A stretch of DNA of 59,615 nt, counting the filler, from Bipalium vagum (Eukaryota), in assembly GCA_037834085.1 (NCBI GenBank). It is 3 parts of 3 records of this genome, joined end to end, with 100 filler letters (N's around TTAATTAATTAA, not from the genome) between each part and the next. Parts side by side here need not be neighbours in the genome. Positions count along the whole stretch, not along the records: positions 1 to 17,664 come from JBBMKC010056381.1; 2 more parts are not named here. The stretch is one strand, 5' to 3'. The first letter of the stretch is position 1. The number at the start of each line of letters is the position of its first letter. This document shows, piece after piece, positions 1-14,000 of the stretch. The notes under the pieces were generated by a model. The model searched no databases, had not been told where the DNA came from, and worked only from the letters and a program-made list of their open reading frames with translations. The position numbers and the translations under genes were made by a program.

Positions 1-82
1 TTAATAATAATTAATAATAATAATAATTAATAATAATAATTAATAATAATAATTAATAATTAATAATAATTAATAATAATTT
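1..82. repeat. (TTAATAATAA)n / AAT-rich simple repeat
   Basis: Tandem ttaataataa(taa) units visible at the window start. Confidence 0.9.
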
Positions 83-894
83 AATTTAACTTTGAATGAA
101 AAAAAATTATTATAATTTTAAATTCATTAAATTCATTTAATATTTCTCATTACATTCTTCCATTTCCTTCGATGAATTTATGTCGAATAACATTTTTACG
201 TATTGCATGTATTTCTATCTCTAATAGAGAAATTGCTGTAACTGTCATTAATTAATTATTAATTAGTCATTTATTATTATGCTATTTAATTTATTACTTT
301 TCATAAAATTTAATTTAATTTCTAGTTTTCACAAATATTTATTGCATTTATTTTTTTTGTATTTTATGTATTATCATTATTCAATTTAGAAGTAATTTAA
401 TATTATCACTGTCAAAATGATAGATACTAATCTTGAATTAATTCTCATTTAACTATAAATTAAATATTAAATGATCTTTAGATTCTCATATCATTTAGAC
501 AAAACTCTCTTGAATTAATAATTTTCAAAATATATAATATAAAATAATTATTAAAATATATTAATAATATTAAAAAAATATTATGATAATTAATAATAAT
601 AATAAATAAACAATTAACCTATAATATATAAACAATATAAAATTTTTTAGAGATTCCCGACCCGGCAGTCAAATCCAGTATCAATAAAAAACAAAAAAAA
701 TAGGAGATTGACTATTGTGGTCCATGGTACAAAACCGTTGCTTAAAACATCTCACATTTTAGTAATTTAGTGTGATAAAACTTCTTTATATCTTATTGAT
801 TTTTAAAGCATGAAACATTATTATTATTGGAATAAATGTCACATGTTTGAATAAAAATTTGGATTTATGTTTTGCTGTAATATTAACAACAACA

Positions 895-951
<57 letters not shown>
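895..951. repeat. (AAT)n microsatellite
   Basis: Perfect aat tandem run. Confidence 0.95.
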
Positions 952-2937
952 TTTATATCAATAAAAGAAAATTAAGTTACTAAAAACCGGAACGAAAATT
1001 GAGAGTATTATCAAAAGTTAAAAATAATAACTTCTGTTATTAAAAGGAAAAAAACAAAAAGATAAATAATAAAAGTTATAATCAGTAACCATTGTTACAA
1101 AATTATTTTATTATCACTATAAAAACGGGAGAAATGTCACAAGACACAATAAACAACAACAAAATTTGTAATATAATAAAATAATAAATAAATAAAATTA
1201 ATAAGAATATTAAAAGACTATTCTTCAGCCAATTTTAATATTATGCAAAATTATCTTCAAAAGATATCACGTTCACGATGTTCCTTATAGATCGTAATAT
1301 TTAATTTAACTTCCTTATTTTTGGATATACTCGTTTTATCAATGGACAACGAAATTTGTTTAAGCATTTATTATGAATATATATGTTTCGAACTTTTTAT
1401 CAGATTTTTTCAATCATTCATATTTGATTTTATACATTAAATGGTAGTATAATTATTAATTAAGAAAATTTTCTTATTAAATAAGAAATTTTGTGCGAAT
1501 TCCTTTAGTAAACTATGATGAAGGTCATAAATCATTATTTCCGAATTCTAAATTATTTTTATAAACCAATAATAATTTTTCACATTTTCATTTTTTTAAA
1601 AATTTGCATTATGGCCAAAAGAACAAAATGATTTAATCAATGTAGACCTTCAATCTGTCAAAAATTTCTAAATTAAATTAAAATAATAATTATTTGACCA
1701 ATTAAAACAAAGTAATTCATTGTAGAATCCAAAAAAATTATATATTAGGTATCAACTGTTTAAAGAATAATAATTTTCATAAAGAATATTTCAGTAAATA
1801 TATTATGTATACATGAAGAAAATAAAATAATTTTTTATTGTAATCTTTGTGAAAATATCACATATAAAATTACATTAAAATATTTTTCGGAAATTTAAAT
1901 AATTTCAAATTAAATATTATTTTATTATTTTAAGAGGAACGTTTGTTTTAATGGAGTCATATTTTAAAAATAATACCTCTTTATTCATAAAACGACAAAA
2001 GGTCATTTTTACTGTGAATATCTTTATATATATGAACATTGACACAATACTAATAATAATAATAAAAAAATCTGTTGTAAGACATTATTCCATTTTTATC
2101 AATATGCCTCGTTTCAAAGCATGATTGTTTAAACAGATGGCCCACGTTTAATATTATTCACAGGGAATGTTCACAATTTTCCATTAAGCTTTTTGAATAT
2201 TCTTATCAGGGGCTGTTTAAATACAAAAATTTCCTTTTCACTGTTTGATACTGAATGAAAAACGACGGTTTTAGAAGGCTTGCAAAGTAAAAAGTTATAT
2301 TTTCGTTTAATAATCTAAAAGAAATAAAAGAAAAATATCTTTATATGAAATAATATAAATTATTTATTAATAAAATGATTCAATCATTCTGATATGTCAA
2401 AAAGAGATAATAAGAGAATATAATATTTTGTTTTAATAGACTATTTATATCAAGAATCAAAATAATCGAGTATTATTTTGTATTTACTTTTCTCAACCTG
2501 TCAAGACTAATTTCTAGAAATAGAGATATATTAATTATTTATAATACATTATATTTCATTATATATTATAATATATATTAATTATTTTTATATTGACAAT
2601 TTTGTATATCTAAGTTACCAAAGAGGAATAAGGTGAAATATCTGAAGAGAAAGTAACAAGTGTACCAAGATAAAGCAGGAATAAATATTAGGTTTATAAA
2701 TATAACTGCTGCTATTTTAAAAAAAGACTTTTCTTTTAGGTTTGTTTTAAAAGCATTAATCGGTTGTCAAATATGAAATCTGTAAAATGAAATACAAAGT
2801 TTATTGATAAATAACAAGTACAAGAAATTATGTAATTCATTAAAATATGAATCCTTACTTTCTGTAAACGATCGTCATTTATGCGGCAATTTGTTCAGGA
2901 CGGTTATATATAACCCTGGTTAATAATTTCCTGGAAG

Positions 2938-3260
2938 ATCAGTTTTACACTAAGTCGGATTTGGATTTTTCCTAAAAAAAATTGTCAAAAGAGCGGAAAA
3001 TATGGTAATCAAGGGGGACTTCGTCTGATGAGTATTGAGGATGATTAAGAAGTTCCCATTCATACAGTTTTGCCACAGTCATTTGTGCAGTGTGCGGTCT
3101 GGCGTTATCATGCAATAAGATAGATTTAAACATTAATCTGATTGTTAATCTAATTGTTTTTTTTAAAGCTTTTGCATATTGTGGTCCAGTTGATTACAGA
3201 GTATTTATGCTGTGATTGATAACCTAGTTTTATAAAGTCATAATTAATCACACCTATGTT
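2938..3260 (-). mobile_element. Mariner transposase C-terminal fragment (pseudogene)
   Basis: Minus-strand translation LLHDNARPHTAQMTV...ELLNHPQYSSDEVPLDYHIF, matching the mariner HDNA.PH and HPPYSPDL.P.D motifs. Confidence 0.85.
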
Positions 3261-3544
3261 AGAACTTGACCGTGTTACTGCTTGACTCAACAGAAGTTTT
3301 TTTGTTGAATATCACAATTCTTTTAAAAATGAATCTTTGTGACAAGAAAACAACATCAAAAAAGTAAACTCTTTTATTTATTTTTCATGAAGTTCATCTT
3401 TCTTATTTGAACTAAAAGATTTAACATTCTTTACTGGCATCAAACTTTAACAAAAATAGCCACTGAGACATATTAGTCTCAACGATGATCTTTATTTGTC
3501 ATTACTGAGTTTTAATACTGAGATATCGCGTGAATAATCTGGTC

Positions 3545-3715
3545 ATCGAGATCCCAATTACCTGTACGAAATGCGGTGAAATAATTTGATATTGTTTACT
3601 GTGTAGTAACACTGTAGCCAAATACACTATTAATGTGTCGGGCAGTCTGCGATGCCGTTTTGCCACGTGAAAACTCATACTTCATAATGATACGACTTTT
3701 TGATATATCCATTTA
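3545..3715 (-). mobile_element. Mariner transposase N-terminal HTH fragment
   Basis: Frameshifted YEFSRG..ASQTARHINSVFG...TISNYFTAFRTGN, typical of a mariner N-terminus. Confidence 0.7.
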
Positions 3716-4239
3716 GTGATTTCGAACAACTGCATGTTACAAAATACTTTCATCTCTGTCAGTCAATTCTGATCTATTCTTGGATTACTTGGTATCAACA
3801 ATGTTCATCATTTCTGGTTTCTGATGGTTTTAGCACTTTATAATAAATGTTACATTCTTGATAAGACTTTGGACCGATGTACATTCTGTTTCGAAGATAT
3901 AACGAGTTTACCAGGCTTCAGTCTAAATATTTTACGTTTTCTTGTCTGTCTAAAGAAGGCCATAATAAATGTTGTTTGGCTGAAATACAATTGCAAATTT
4001 AGAATTTATATACAAATGTATTTGTGAAATTTATTAGGTCCCGGAATGCTGAGCGTCGTTTTTGGACTCGACTTTTATTTAGTCTTTTATTACAATCAAT
4101 TATAAATTTTCTTTAAATAATTTAAATTGATGTTTAAAGATTATTATGTTGTTCATTGATTTAAATAATAATATTAATGATACATTTATTTTTTTTATTA
4201 ATTTTAAGTGAAAAATATCAAAATTTTAATAGTTCTAAT

Positions 4240-4375
4240 ATCAAAATCATGACGTGTTTCTTTTACGATTTCAAAGTAGGTCTGAAGGCCACTGAATCAG
4301 CCAAGCGAATTAATAAAGAAATTGGCAAGGGTACCATCTGTATTCGAGATGCCCATCTATGGTTCAAGCCATTGC
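4240..4375 (+). mobile_element. Mariner transposase N-terminal HTH fragment
   Basis: FFYDFKVGLKATESAKRINKEIGKGTICIRDAHLWFK within ORF 4177..4416. Confidence 0.75.
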
Positions 4376-4830
4376 GAACAAGTTCAAAGTTAAGCAACCC
4401 TTCAAAATTCCAATAAATAGTTATCATCACTTTCATTCTGAACCGATTCTGCCTTGAAACTGATAGAGGAGCCTGAGTTCTTGAAATCCATTTCATCTGT
4501 CAGTTGTGAAAAATATAAATCCATTTTTCATCAAATCTGACGATGCTTCGCTAAAATCCGTCGTCCATAGAGTTTTGGAATAATTGCCGATAAAATTCAA
4601 AGCTACGATTAGCTTGTGATTCTGTCAGCTCATGTGGGTCTAAATGGGGCTTCTTATGAACATAATCAAGTTGGTTCAAGTATTTCAAGACTGTTCTGTA
4701 AATAACAGAATAGACTGATCCCAAACTCAACTGCTTGATGATTCATCTTCGAGAGTGTCAATCAAGTCCTAATTGTCCAACTATGATAGTAGTCCAGAAC
4801 AGGATGATCTTCCAAGTTGACGTTACATCA
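4376..4830 (-). mobile_element. Mariner transposase central fragment
   Basis: PHELTESQANR...IVRFDEKWI and KVMITIYWNFEG (WVPHEL, DEKW and KVMLCVWWD motifs) on the minus strand. Confidence 0.8.
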
Positions 4831-5014
4831 GTTAAAACAGTAGTGTCACCGAGAATAATGTTTTATGATTGACTGTTTCAATGTCTTTAGCATCAATCAT
4901 CTTCTTTGAAAATTCATTGAATTCCAATAATATCGAATGAGGATTCGAATATCATTTCTATTTAAAGGTATCCATAATAAGCAAAGATTATTGTTTTTGA
5001 TTTCGTCTTCATTG

Positions 5015-5185
5015 TGATCTACTGGACGGATAAATCGCCCTTTCGGAATTTCTCAAACCAATTCCGACAGTGGTCTTCTTTTAATGCATTTTTGCCATAA
5101 ACTTCACATATTTTTTGCAAACTTGTGATGCACCTTTTTCTTATCGATTAATAGAAAAGTAAAATATCCTCAAAGTGTGTTTCAA
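5015..5185 (-). mobile_element. Mariner transposase N-terminal fragment
   Basis: KKICEVYGKNALKEDHCRNWFEKFRKGDL on the minus strand. Confidence 0.75.
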
Positions 5186-5529
5186 TATAACCAAATATAG
5201 TAATATAACCAAATATAATAATATAATATTAACTTGTCAAAACCCTCTCCGCAATAATCAAATTTAATTGTCTTACGGATTTGTAATTATATTTACCGGA
5301 CAGAGAAATGTTTATTTTTGCAAATATTTAACACATTTCAAAAATATAATAAATAACAATGACAAATAAAAACGATATTGCAATGTTTGAAATGAACGTT
5401 GCTGATTCAAAGGTAAATGATTCAGAGAAAAAATAGCTCAAACTATACAGCTTCAGGTGGTAGCGCTGTCCAACCACCAAAGAGATGTATCGCTACAGCA
5501 TCCATTACTGACTTGAGGAAGTTGAAGTA

Positions 5530-6140
5530 ATAAGATTCCCTAATGGTCTTTCTTTTGGATGATTAAAATTTAATAAACAATGAACCACGATTGTTGTATT
5601 ACTGTGTCAAGTACAATTTTTTTCTGGAAGTTGTTGTCTCTCCATTAATGATTTTATGCTTGTGCCTATGAATATATAATGATAATAATAATGCATTGTC
5701 CTTTTATAAATTTTTGTCTAAGAGGAAACATTTTTAATATTATTGACACAATCGTAGATGTGCCATGATCATGGAAATCTTTTTAAATAAGTCTGATATA
5801 TTGAATCACAAAAATATCTATGATACTTCCACTGGTGACAAATCATGAGTATGTTCATATCAGCTAGAGAAAGATATCATTGAGTATTCCTGGATAAAAG
5901 TGTAGGTAACTAAAATTATTCAATTTGTTTAGCCTTCCCAAAACTGATTGCTTGCTTTGTAAAACAACTCTGTCATCTGAAACATTCTCAATATCATCGA
6001 GGTAGAGTTGACCATGACTGGCATAAGCCCCTTTGTGTAAACCTCCTCAATGAATAAGAGAAGAGTAACTCAAAGCATTTAACCATTCTTCTCACACATG
6101 CCACCAACAACCAATTATAGGAGGAATAAAAATTTCGAAA
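5530..6140 (-). mobile_element. Possible BEL/Pao integrase 3' fragment, heavily decayed
   Basis: FIP..VVGGMCE/RMVK resembles the BEL FIPP.AP..GG.WERMVK motif, and RPLGNL lies near the end; many frameshifts. Confidence 0.35.
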
Positions 6141-8332
6141 AATATTTATTCTGACTTCGTAACATGAGAATTATTTATATTTTTATCAACAAAAAATAAA
6201 CTGGAATTTTCCTAGAGGATGTCTGTTTTTGACTGAAACAAATGCTTCCAGGATTGGTTTGAAATAATGAAAATGTGACTATTATTTTGAAAAATAATTA
6301 TATCATCTTTTTAGAAAAATCTTGTCAACGGTTCCCCTTAAAGTTAGGAATAATTTTACTTTTTTTCTTAACCAAAACCTATTCCGTTTTATTTCTAAAT
6401 GTAAATGAATATACAAATATCAACTGGACCCAGTACCGATATTTTTAATATTAGAGAAAGAGAGTTGAGTGAAACAAATTAATTAAGATTTGAAAATAAG
6501 TGTTCATACTGAACCTACCCACAAGCCCGGATATTATGACCATAGATTAAAACTTCTTTACCATTGTGTGGATATTTATTAGAACGAAACTACCACTTTG
6601 AGGACGTTTTTTATATTAAATTTTATAATAGTTTTCTTGTCCTTGAAGAATAAAAGGGTCTAATTTATTCTTCAAGTGTAATCAGATTTATCTAAGTTGA
6701 CTTAAAAGGAGCTCTTAATTTCTTTGAACGAAACACTCAATATTTAATGAATATTTTAAAGACATTGAAATTATGAATTGTGAAAGGTGTTTTTCAAAAG
6801 TAATGAAATGGACAAAGGAGTGTCCTTGAGATAGCCTAAATAAACTGAAGTAGGGGTCTAATGTGATATCCATGTAAGAAAACACTGACTTATCTGCGTA
6901 TTAGTCAGTTCTACATGTAATTAAAATAGCAATGTCTATTTTAAATCAAGTGTAAGATTATTCGGTGTACAAGTTGAAAATGACGATTTAATAAACGATA
7001 TTTCTATTTATAAACCAATTGCGTTAATATTCATAAATATTAGTTTATAAAATATTTTTCACGAGCTTTCATTCAAAATGTCTGACATCAGAAAAATGTG
7101 TGTAATATATACTTTTTTGTCAATAAATGTGTGTTAAATTTAATATTAAGGGATAATATTAGAAAAAAACGTGAAATAAAAATAAGAAAATCAAAAATAA
7201 AAGTTCTATTTGTTAATTATAACGTTTATTTTTCACGAATTATGAAAAGGGGTTCATAACTTTATCAAAAGAAAGAACATCTTTACTGAAAAGTCTGTGT
7301 GAAGAGCTAAAGCCATCATATACACATATATTATTATTCTCTTTGGTTTTCTTTCGTTGTTTGCGAGTTTATTTTATTTTTACATATTTATTATATACTT
7401 TTTGAAAAATATATAACGAAATTAATTTAATTTGAGGAATAATAAATAATAATTTTATAATGAAAATGAAAAAAGGGATAATTGAATTTTCAAAGTGTTG
7501 TCACTTAGTAAAACAAAATAATAATTTACAAATACACTTATTGAAAATTTTCTTTTATATCAATAAAACAATAATAGTAATATAATTAATAATAATATAT
7601 TATTCATGAAATTTGCATAATATTTTCACGTTTAGGTCAGAGAACGACTGGGATATATATCTTTAGAAAAAAACAATAAATAAAGCACTGATTTATACAA
7701 CTTTTACTATCATTTCAAACTCCTGATACATAAGTTCTTGTCGTCAGTTCACATCTTTAATATTCAGCTGAAATAAGTCCGAAAGAAAAATCGTTTCCAA
7801 ACTTTTCATTGTGATAAAAGAGACAAATCATTAGAAAAACTATCATTTCAGTTGAATCTCTTCAAAATTTCGTAGGCATATTGTTGGGATATGATTGAAA
7901 CGGGGGTTCCACCGAGCTATAGTGATTTGCCATTGAATACGGATAACTGCTGTCAGTACTGTAGTCAGGGGTCAACGGTCTTTTCTTTGGTAACTGAAAT
8001 GAAATTCAATCAATAAACGATTGGCAAAGACAAATTAAAATCGATAAAGAAACATTAAAACGAAAAACAATCATCAATAAAAAACATCAATCTTTCAAAG
8101 TCAACAAGTCAACCCAAACCGGGATATTAAGACATTTGTCTTGATGGACCGAGATGGTAGAGGGTTTCTCAGACGGGATTTATTGGGAATAATGAAGTTA
8201 TGAAAAATGTGTAAATCAGTTTTCCTTTCTTTTTATTTTTCATTATATTTCAATAGTATATTTGGATGGTTTGTACCAATTTGACAAATTAAAACCGAAC
8301 CAATAAACAAAATGTCAAATACCATCTTTTAG

Positions 8333-8421
8333 GCCACGAAAACCCAGAGGGGGTCGAACGATGAGTCTAATGAACAGCAATCTTTCGATTTTAGCAGCCA
8401 GCATCACATGTTGAAAAAAAG
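8333..8421 (+). CDS. Candidate upstream exon of the host gene (5' UTR or start, ATG at 8408)
   Basis: ttttag acceptor, AG|GTATTT donor, open frame ATKTQRGSNDESNEQQSFDFSSQHHMLKK; ends in phase 2, which fits the exon starting at 20432. Confidence 0.35.
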
Positions 8422-8777
8422 GTATTTATATATATGTATATCAGGTCTGAATATTTGTGGAAAAAAAATTAATAATAAGAACAATTTTTCCAATTTGAAA
8501 CAAAATGATAAATAGACAAAATTGAAGAAAATTTTTTCAACAGGCATTGAGAAAAAATGAAATTATTTGGAAAAATAATAAAAAAAATAAATAAAGGGGA
8601 AATTTTTAATTAAAATATCAGTTTATAATTCGGCACGTGGGAATAATGATAAAAATAATTTTTCATTTAAAAATTTCTTTAATAATTAATTAAAAGATTA
8701 AAATAATAATTAAAAAATTCAATAAATAATATTAACTTTAAAAAAAATTTCAATGTTATTTTGTTTAAATCTTCGGC

Positions 8778-8831
8778 GATGACGTCATCATCACGTGTTC
8801 TGATTTTACGATTGACATTAATGTAGCCAAT
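8778..8831. promoter_or_regulatory. CRE palindrome + E-box + CCAAT cluster
   Basis: GATGACGTCATC (8778-8789), CACGTG (8792-8797) and AGCCAAT (8825-8831) within 55 bp. Confidence 0.4.
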
Positions 8832-9849
8832 ATGGGATCATTTCGACTGAAATGCTGACTGTAGGGTCAAGTCTGGCGACGGTTTTTTCAACCCTTTATC
8901 AAAGACTGTCAGTGTCTTTAAACGTTGGACGACATAAATCTTTCTCTACATATTTTTAAATATTTATCTACCTAACATGTGTTCTAGTGTGTCTATGTTA
9001 CTTTCTAAATATGAAGGTTTTTTACAATAGTAAATGTTTTGGGACGGATCCACTACAAATAAATCATACGAAAATTTTATGGATCCCACGGAACAAGAAA
9101 ATATATGAAGCGAAAGACAAAATTATAATTAAGACCAGCGAACGGAACTATCTTTTAAAGAATTGTAAAATATCCAGAAAAGGTATTGTTACCAAAGTGG
9201 ACCCTAAGTAAATTAAGCAATAGATCAAAGTCAGTATGATTGAAAGATCATGGATAAAATATTACACAATATAGAATACATATTATACAAAAAATGTCTA
9301 TTATTTTCATTAACAAGCAGTGATAAAGGAAAGTATTCCAATATAAAGCGTATAAAGTATAAAAAGGTTTCAATGACTACTTTTTAAGAGAAGGTTAAGG
9401 TTTACAAAAGGTTAAGTGTTGGAATTGGATTATATACTCTTGAGTTTCTTTGAAAAAATCTGCATTGAAATTCTGACAGCGGATGTCTGAGATCAACTTT
9501 GGAGTAATTGACTAAATATTATGATATATCAAATGATGAAAATATGTAAGTTTTATAATAAAGTATGAGAAACAAACCAGCCTGAAAATAACAGGTTGAG
9601 ATCATAAAAGGATCAGACATAGATATTCGAAACCAGTGAAAAGCTTCTCATGCTTTATGAAGGGATGGACCGAAAATCATACGAATTACAGCGTTTTAAT
9701 AAACAATTTACACAAATATTTTCCCCTCTTAAGAACGAAGATATTTCCTAAAATGTACTTATGAAAGTTCGTAGTATCAGGTAACCAAGGAAGTTCCTGT
9801 GAGGTTTTGTAAGACAGCATTAAAAATCAATTAGCCAAATCCCCTGCAA

Positions 9850-10335
9850 GAATTTATTATGCCAAGAATTAAAGAAGACTTTGGAAATAAAGATTTTTAT
9901 TTTCAGCACGATAGTGCACCTGCACATTACAATCGTAAAGTGAGGGAATACCTTGCCAATAACCTGTCAAATAGGGGAATTGGAAAAAGAGATTCAAAGG
10001 AATTTCCTCATCGATATAATGCCAATGGATTTTTTCTTCTGGAGTTATATGAAGGATAAATATTTCAGTATAAACATCAGCTATCATTAATGACCTAAAG
10101 CTTCCTTACACGAAGAATGTGTCAAAATTCCAAAAGAAGTGATTATCAACCACTTCGCGATATAAACAATTTGAGAACATGCATTAACAAATTATTGTAT
10201 ATTGACGTTATAGACTGTATCTGATAAGCTGATATTTGATAGCTTATTAAAATTAAAATATATATAATTATCTTGACAAAGTTAATGTATGTTATTTACT
10301 TTTAAAAACCATTCACATTTTTGAGACGCTATTTA
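9850..10335 (+). mobile_element. Tc1/maT-type transposase C-terminal fragment
   Basis: FYFQHDSAPAHY..VREYL...IGKR followed by MDFFFWSYMKDK (the WPPRSPDL..DFFLWG family). Confidence 0.8.
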
Positions 10336-10504
10336 TATATACTAATATAATAATATATATAGTTAAGTATTATAATATACTAGTTATTATAAGTTATTAT
10401 TAATAACAATATATATAAATAATATAATAAAAAAGACTAATATTTATATTATTATGATACAGATATGATATAGATATTGATTGTAATATAATAAACTTCA
10501 AATT

Positions 10505-11001
10505 ATTTGCATTTCCTGAAATTAATAGCGATTACTACTCCGGACTTGTGCAAAACACTAGAAAGCTCAGAAGGAAAACCAGACTCTCAGAACTGTATTT
10601 TTTGCATGACAATGCACCTGTGCACACAAGTAATCTTGCAACGTCAACAATTGCTAAATGCGGATTTTAAGTTCTCCGACATCCACCCTACAGCCCAGAT
10701 TTGACCCCATCAGACTTCTACCTCTTCAACTATCTTAAAAAGAACTTGGAGGTCAACAATTTGCTTCCAAGGCAGAACTGAGAGATTCAGTGATGCAGTT
10801 TTTAGAGAATAAATCACCAGAGTTCTTTAAATCGGCTTTCATTGAGTTGGCTGCTTGCTGGCGGAAATGTGTCAATGTACATGGTAACTATACAGAAAAA
10901 TAATTAAACCTCTGTAATGTGCTTGTTATGTTAAATAAAAATTATAATATTCGTGCATCTCTTTCAATGCTAGTATCACTACTTATTGGTCGCACCAAGT
11001 A
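10505..11001 (+). mobile_element. Mariner 3' half with right TIR
   Basis: FLHDNAPVH...HPPYSPDLTPSDFYLF...WRKCVNVHGNYTEK* (stop 10901-10903), then cactacttattggtcgcaccaagTA. 3' end is similar to the element at 31078-31856. Confidence 0.9.
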
Positions 11002-14000
11002 TTTATCCCAAAGGTAAAAGGAAAACATTTACCACAGAAAGAATCTATGACTGGTATATTCCAAATCATTCCATCTAAGAATAAAAAAAAATAAATATAC
11101 TTTACTCCCAATTTTAATTGATTAATTTTTTGACCGCAACCCTAAAATATCAGCTAAGGCCTCATTAAATTGATTTAAACTGCAATTACCTGCAAAAAGG
11201 AAAGTTTTGTTTTAATTAAAAAATATCTTAAGTTTGTTTATGGAAACCGGTGTATTATAAACAACGTAAAATATAAAGTTAAACTATTCCATTGACCCTG
11301 GAAAACATAAAATTTCTGTTTAAAAATGTACATATTTAAAATTAAAATATAAAATAATAAAATATAAATAAAATTACAAATAAAAAATAACTAATTTATT
11401 TAAAAGAAATATAGGAGGAATTTGACAACATTAACTAATTTGACAACACTAAACACAAATGTTTAAAACTATAAAAATTATTTATTAATTTATTAAATAT
11501 TTTATTAATTTATTTGTTCTTCATGAGTTAAAACAAATCTTTAGACCTTTTCTTTTTATCAATTTAATTTAATTAATTATTCGCTGTAATTAGGAAACTT
11601 TTATTAAACGAAATTAATGAATTTAATTACTGATAAATATTTATTTATTTGTTTTGCCAGGTCTCTTGAAATAACCAGCAGTCTGGAATGTTATTACGGG
11701 ATGTTATAATACTAGGTCCTGGATATAATAATTTTCTATGTAACAAACCTTCTTTTGTTTTCTCTCAAGCTCATACGAAGTCAATGTTGCCAATTTAAAC
11801 ACATGATTAATTACCGACTTGAAACTATTATTAAAATTCCACTTAATTATTAATTAATTCATTGAAAAATGTTGCTAGCGAAAAAATATATCTCAATTAA
11901 TTAAACAAAATATTTGAAAACTTGAAATATATTTTATTTAATATTTTCTTTTGCAATATGAATTTATCTATGAATAAAGAAAACCTTTTATTCCATTTAT
12001 TTTTAATTTTTTGATAATAAATTAAAACACGAAAGAAAAATTAACATTGAAGAAATGTTGAGAAATTATCTTTGGGCACGGTTGAAAAGATTTGAAAAAT
12101 TTTATTATTAATTGAAATGAGTAATGACAGAGAATAAAAATCAATATCAAAGAGGAAAAATCCTCCTTATTTCATTAATCTAAATCATGGAATTATTTTG
12201 TTTAAATTGACGAAATTTTTTTACATTGACAATAAAAAAATATGCGAACAATTTAAAAAGATAAAATGAATATATATATTTTCCACTTTATAAATTTGTT
12301 TCTTGTACAGTATAATTTAAAATATAATAATTTGTTTCAGTGAAATTTTCCCATCCAATTAAGCGCATTAAAAGATTATCCCCGTGGGCTAGTGATAGTT
12401 ACAATTATCTGCGGAAAATAAACCATTGTGAAAACCATACAGAAATATAAAAAATTGCTTTGAAGATTTATTTTGTTTAAATTGCCTAAAATAAAAATAA
12501 TTTTATTTATTACATTTTGTTATTTCTGGTTATTATTATTATTTATTTATTATTATTAGCCTCAATTAAATAAATCTTTTTTCACCCCATAAAAAGTTAC
12601 ATTATGAATTGTATCATAAAACAATAAATCAATGTAAAGTAAAGTAAAGAAATAAAGTAATCAATGAATATTTATTTATAATAAATCATCAAATCATAGA
12701 TGACAATCATAATACGAAGTTGTATATTTTGACGCCAAGTCCACTCAAAAAAGTATGAATGTAAAATGGATCCAAAAATGTCTTGCTTGGACTTTAACTT
12801 ATTCTTCAAAGTTTCCCAGAAGCTTTCACTTTACGTGCTTACATGATTTTCCGGATATATATAATTTAATCTATCGCCTACTATTAATGGATTTATTGTA
12901 TTTGGAATATCCATTTTGTTATTATATTATATCAATAATACACATGTTAGAAATGTAGTATAATACCGCATCGTAACATATATATGTTTAAAAAATTATC
13001 ATATAAATATGTCGTATAACATATCTAACAATAATAAATTAATAATCATATTAAATAAGTAAAATATTCTAATATAAAATAGAAATAGAAATATTTCAAT
13101 AGAAATTTCAAAGTGATTATATTTTTAGAATAAAAATAAAATATTTTTAATAATATAATTATATTATATATTTATATTTATATGATATATTATTTAAAAT
13201 ATAATATAATTACATATTAGAAAAATAATTATGATGACTACAAACCAACCTAAAATTTTATGATAATATATTATCATGTTATCCATTTTTAAATTAATAA
13301 TACTTAATAACATTACTTATATTATTATTTATGGATATTTAATATTAAGTATTGAGGATTAATTGATTCATTAGTCTATTATATTACTGATTTTATAGAT
13401 TTAGTCTGAAATGATAATTTCATTTTAATTATATTTTTATTATTTGCTATATGGTAGTAATAATTAAAAATCACTTTCCCTTTAATTAATCATTTCCACC
13501 AAGTTACCAATCCATTTTTCATTATATTGGACAATTTTGACGTTCCATCTGCTTCACATTTTTTATTGACTTTGGGAATTTAATTAAATATTCCGTAATA
13601 ATTACAAAATTGCAAATTGAAAAAATTATGTTAAATTTTTGGGACATTTACTTAAATTGGTTTTTTGTCGTTTTCCCTTTATCATTTCCATAATTTGTTA
13701 AAAAATTTCATTACCCCTTTTGACAGAGAAATGAAAATATTTATAACGAAAAGCTGTTGGCATATTTTATGGAAATGTTTCCCAAAGACCGATGGAAAGT
13801 CTCGGCTTTCTTGTTCTTCTCAAATATTTTCAAATTAAATTTCGTTTTGTTTTATTGCTTGGGTTTTGTTTTTCCATTAAAACAAAATTTTCATTTTAAG
13901 AAATTGAAATAGATTCAATTAATAACAACTTAATAAAATTAATTTTTATTCCAGTTTTTTTTTCCAATATAAAATTTCCTACAAATGCTTTGTGAATTTT

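Noticed and set aside
11661-11800. Exon-like segment after ttttgccag
   Set aside because: All frames close quickly and there is no convincing donor; it cannot be placed in the gene model.
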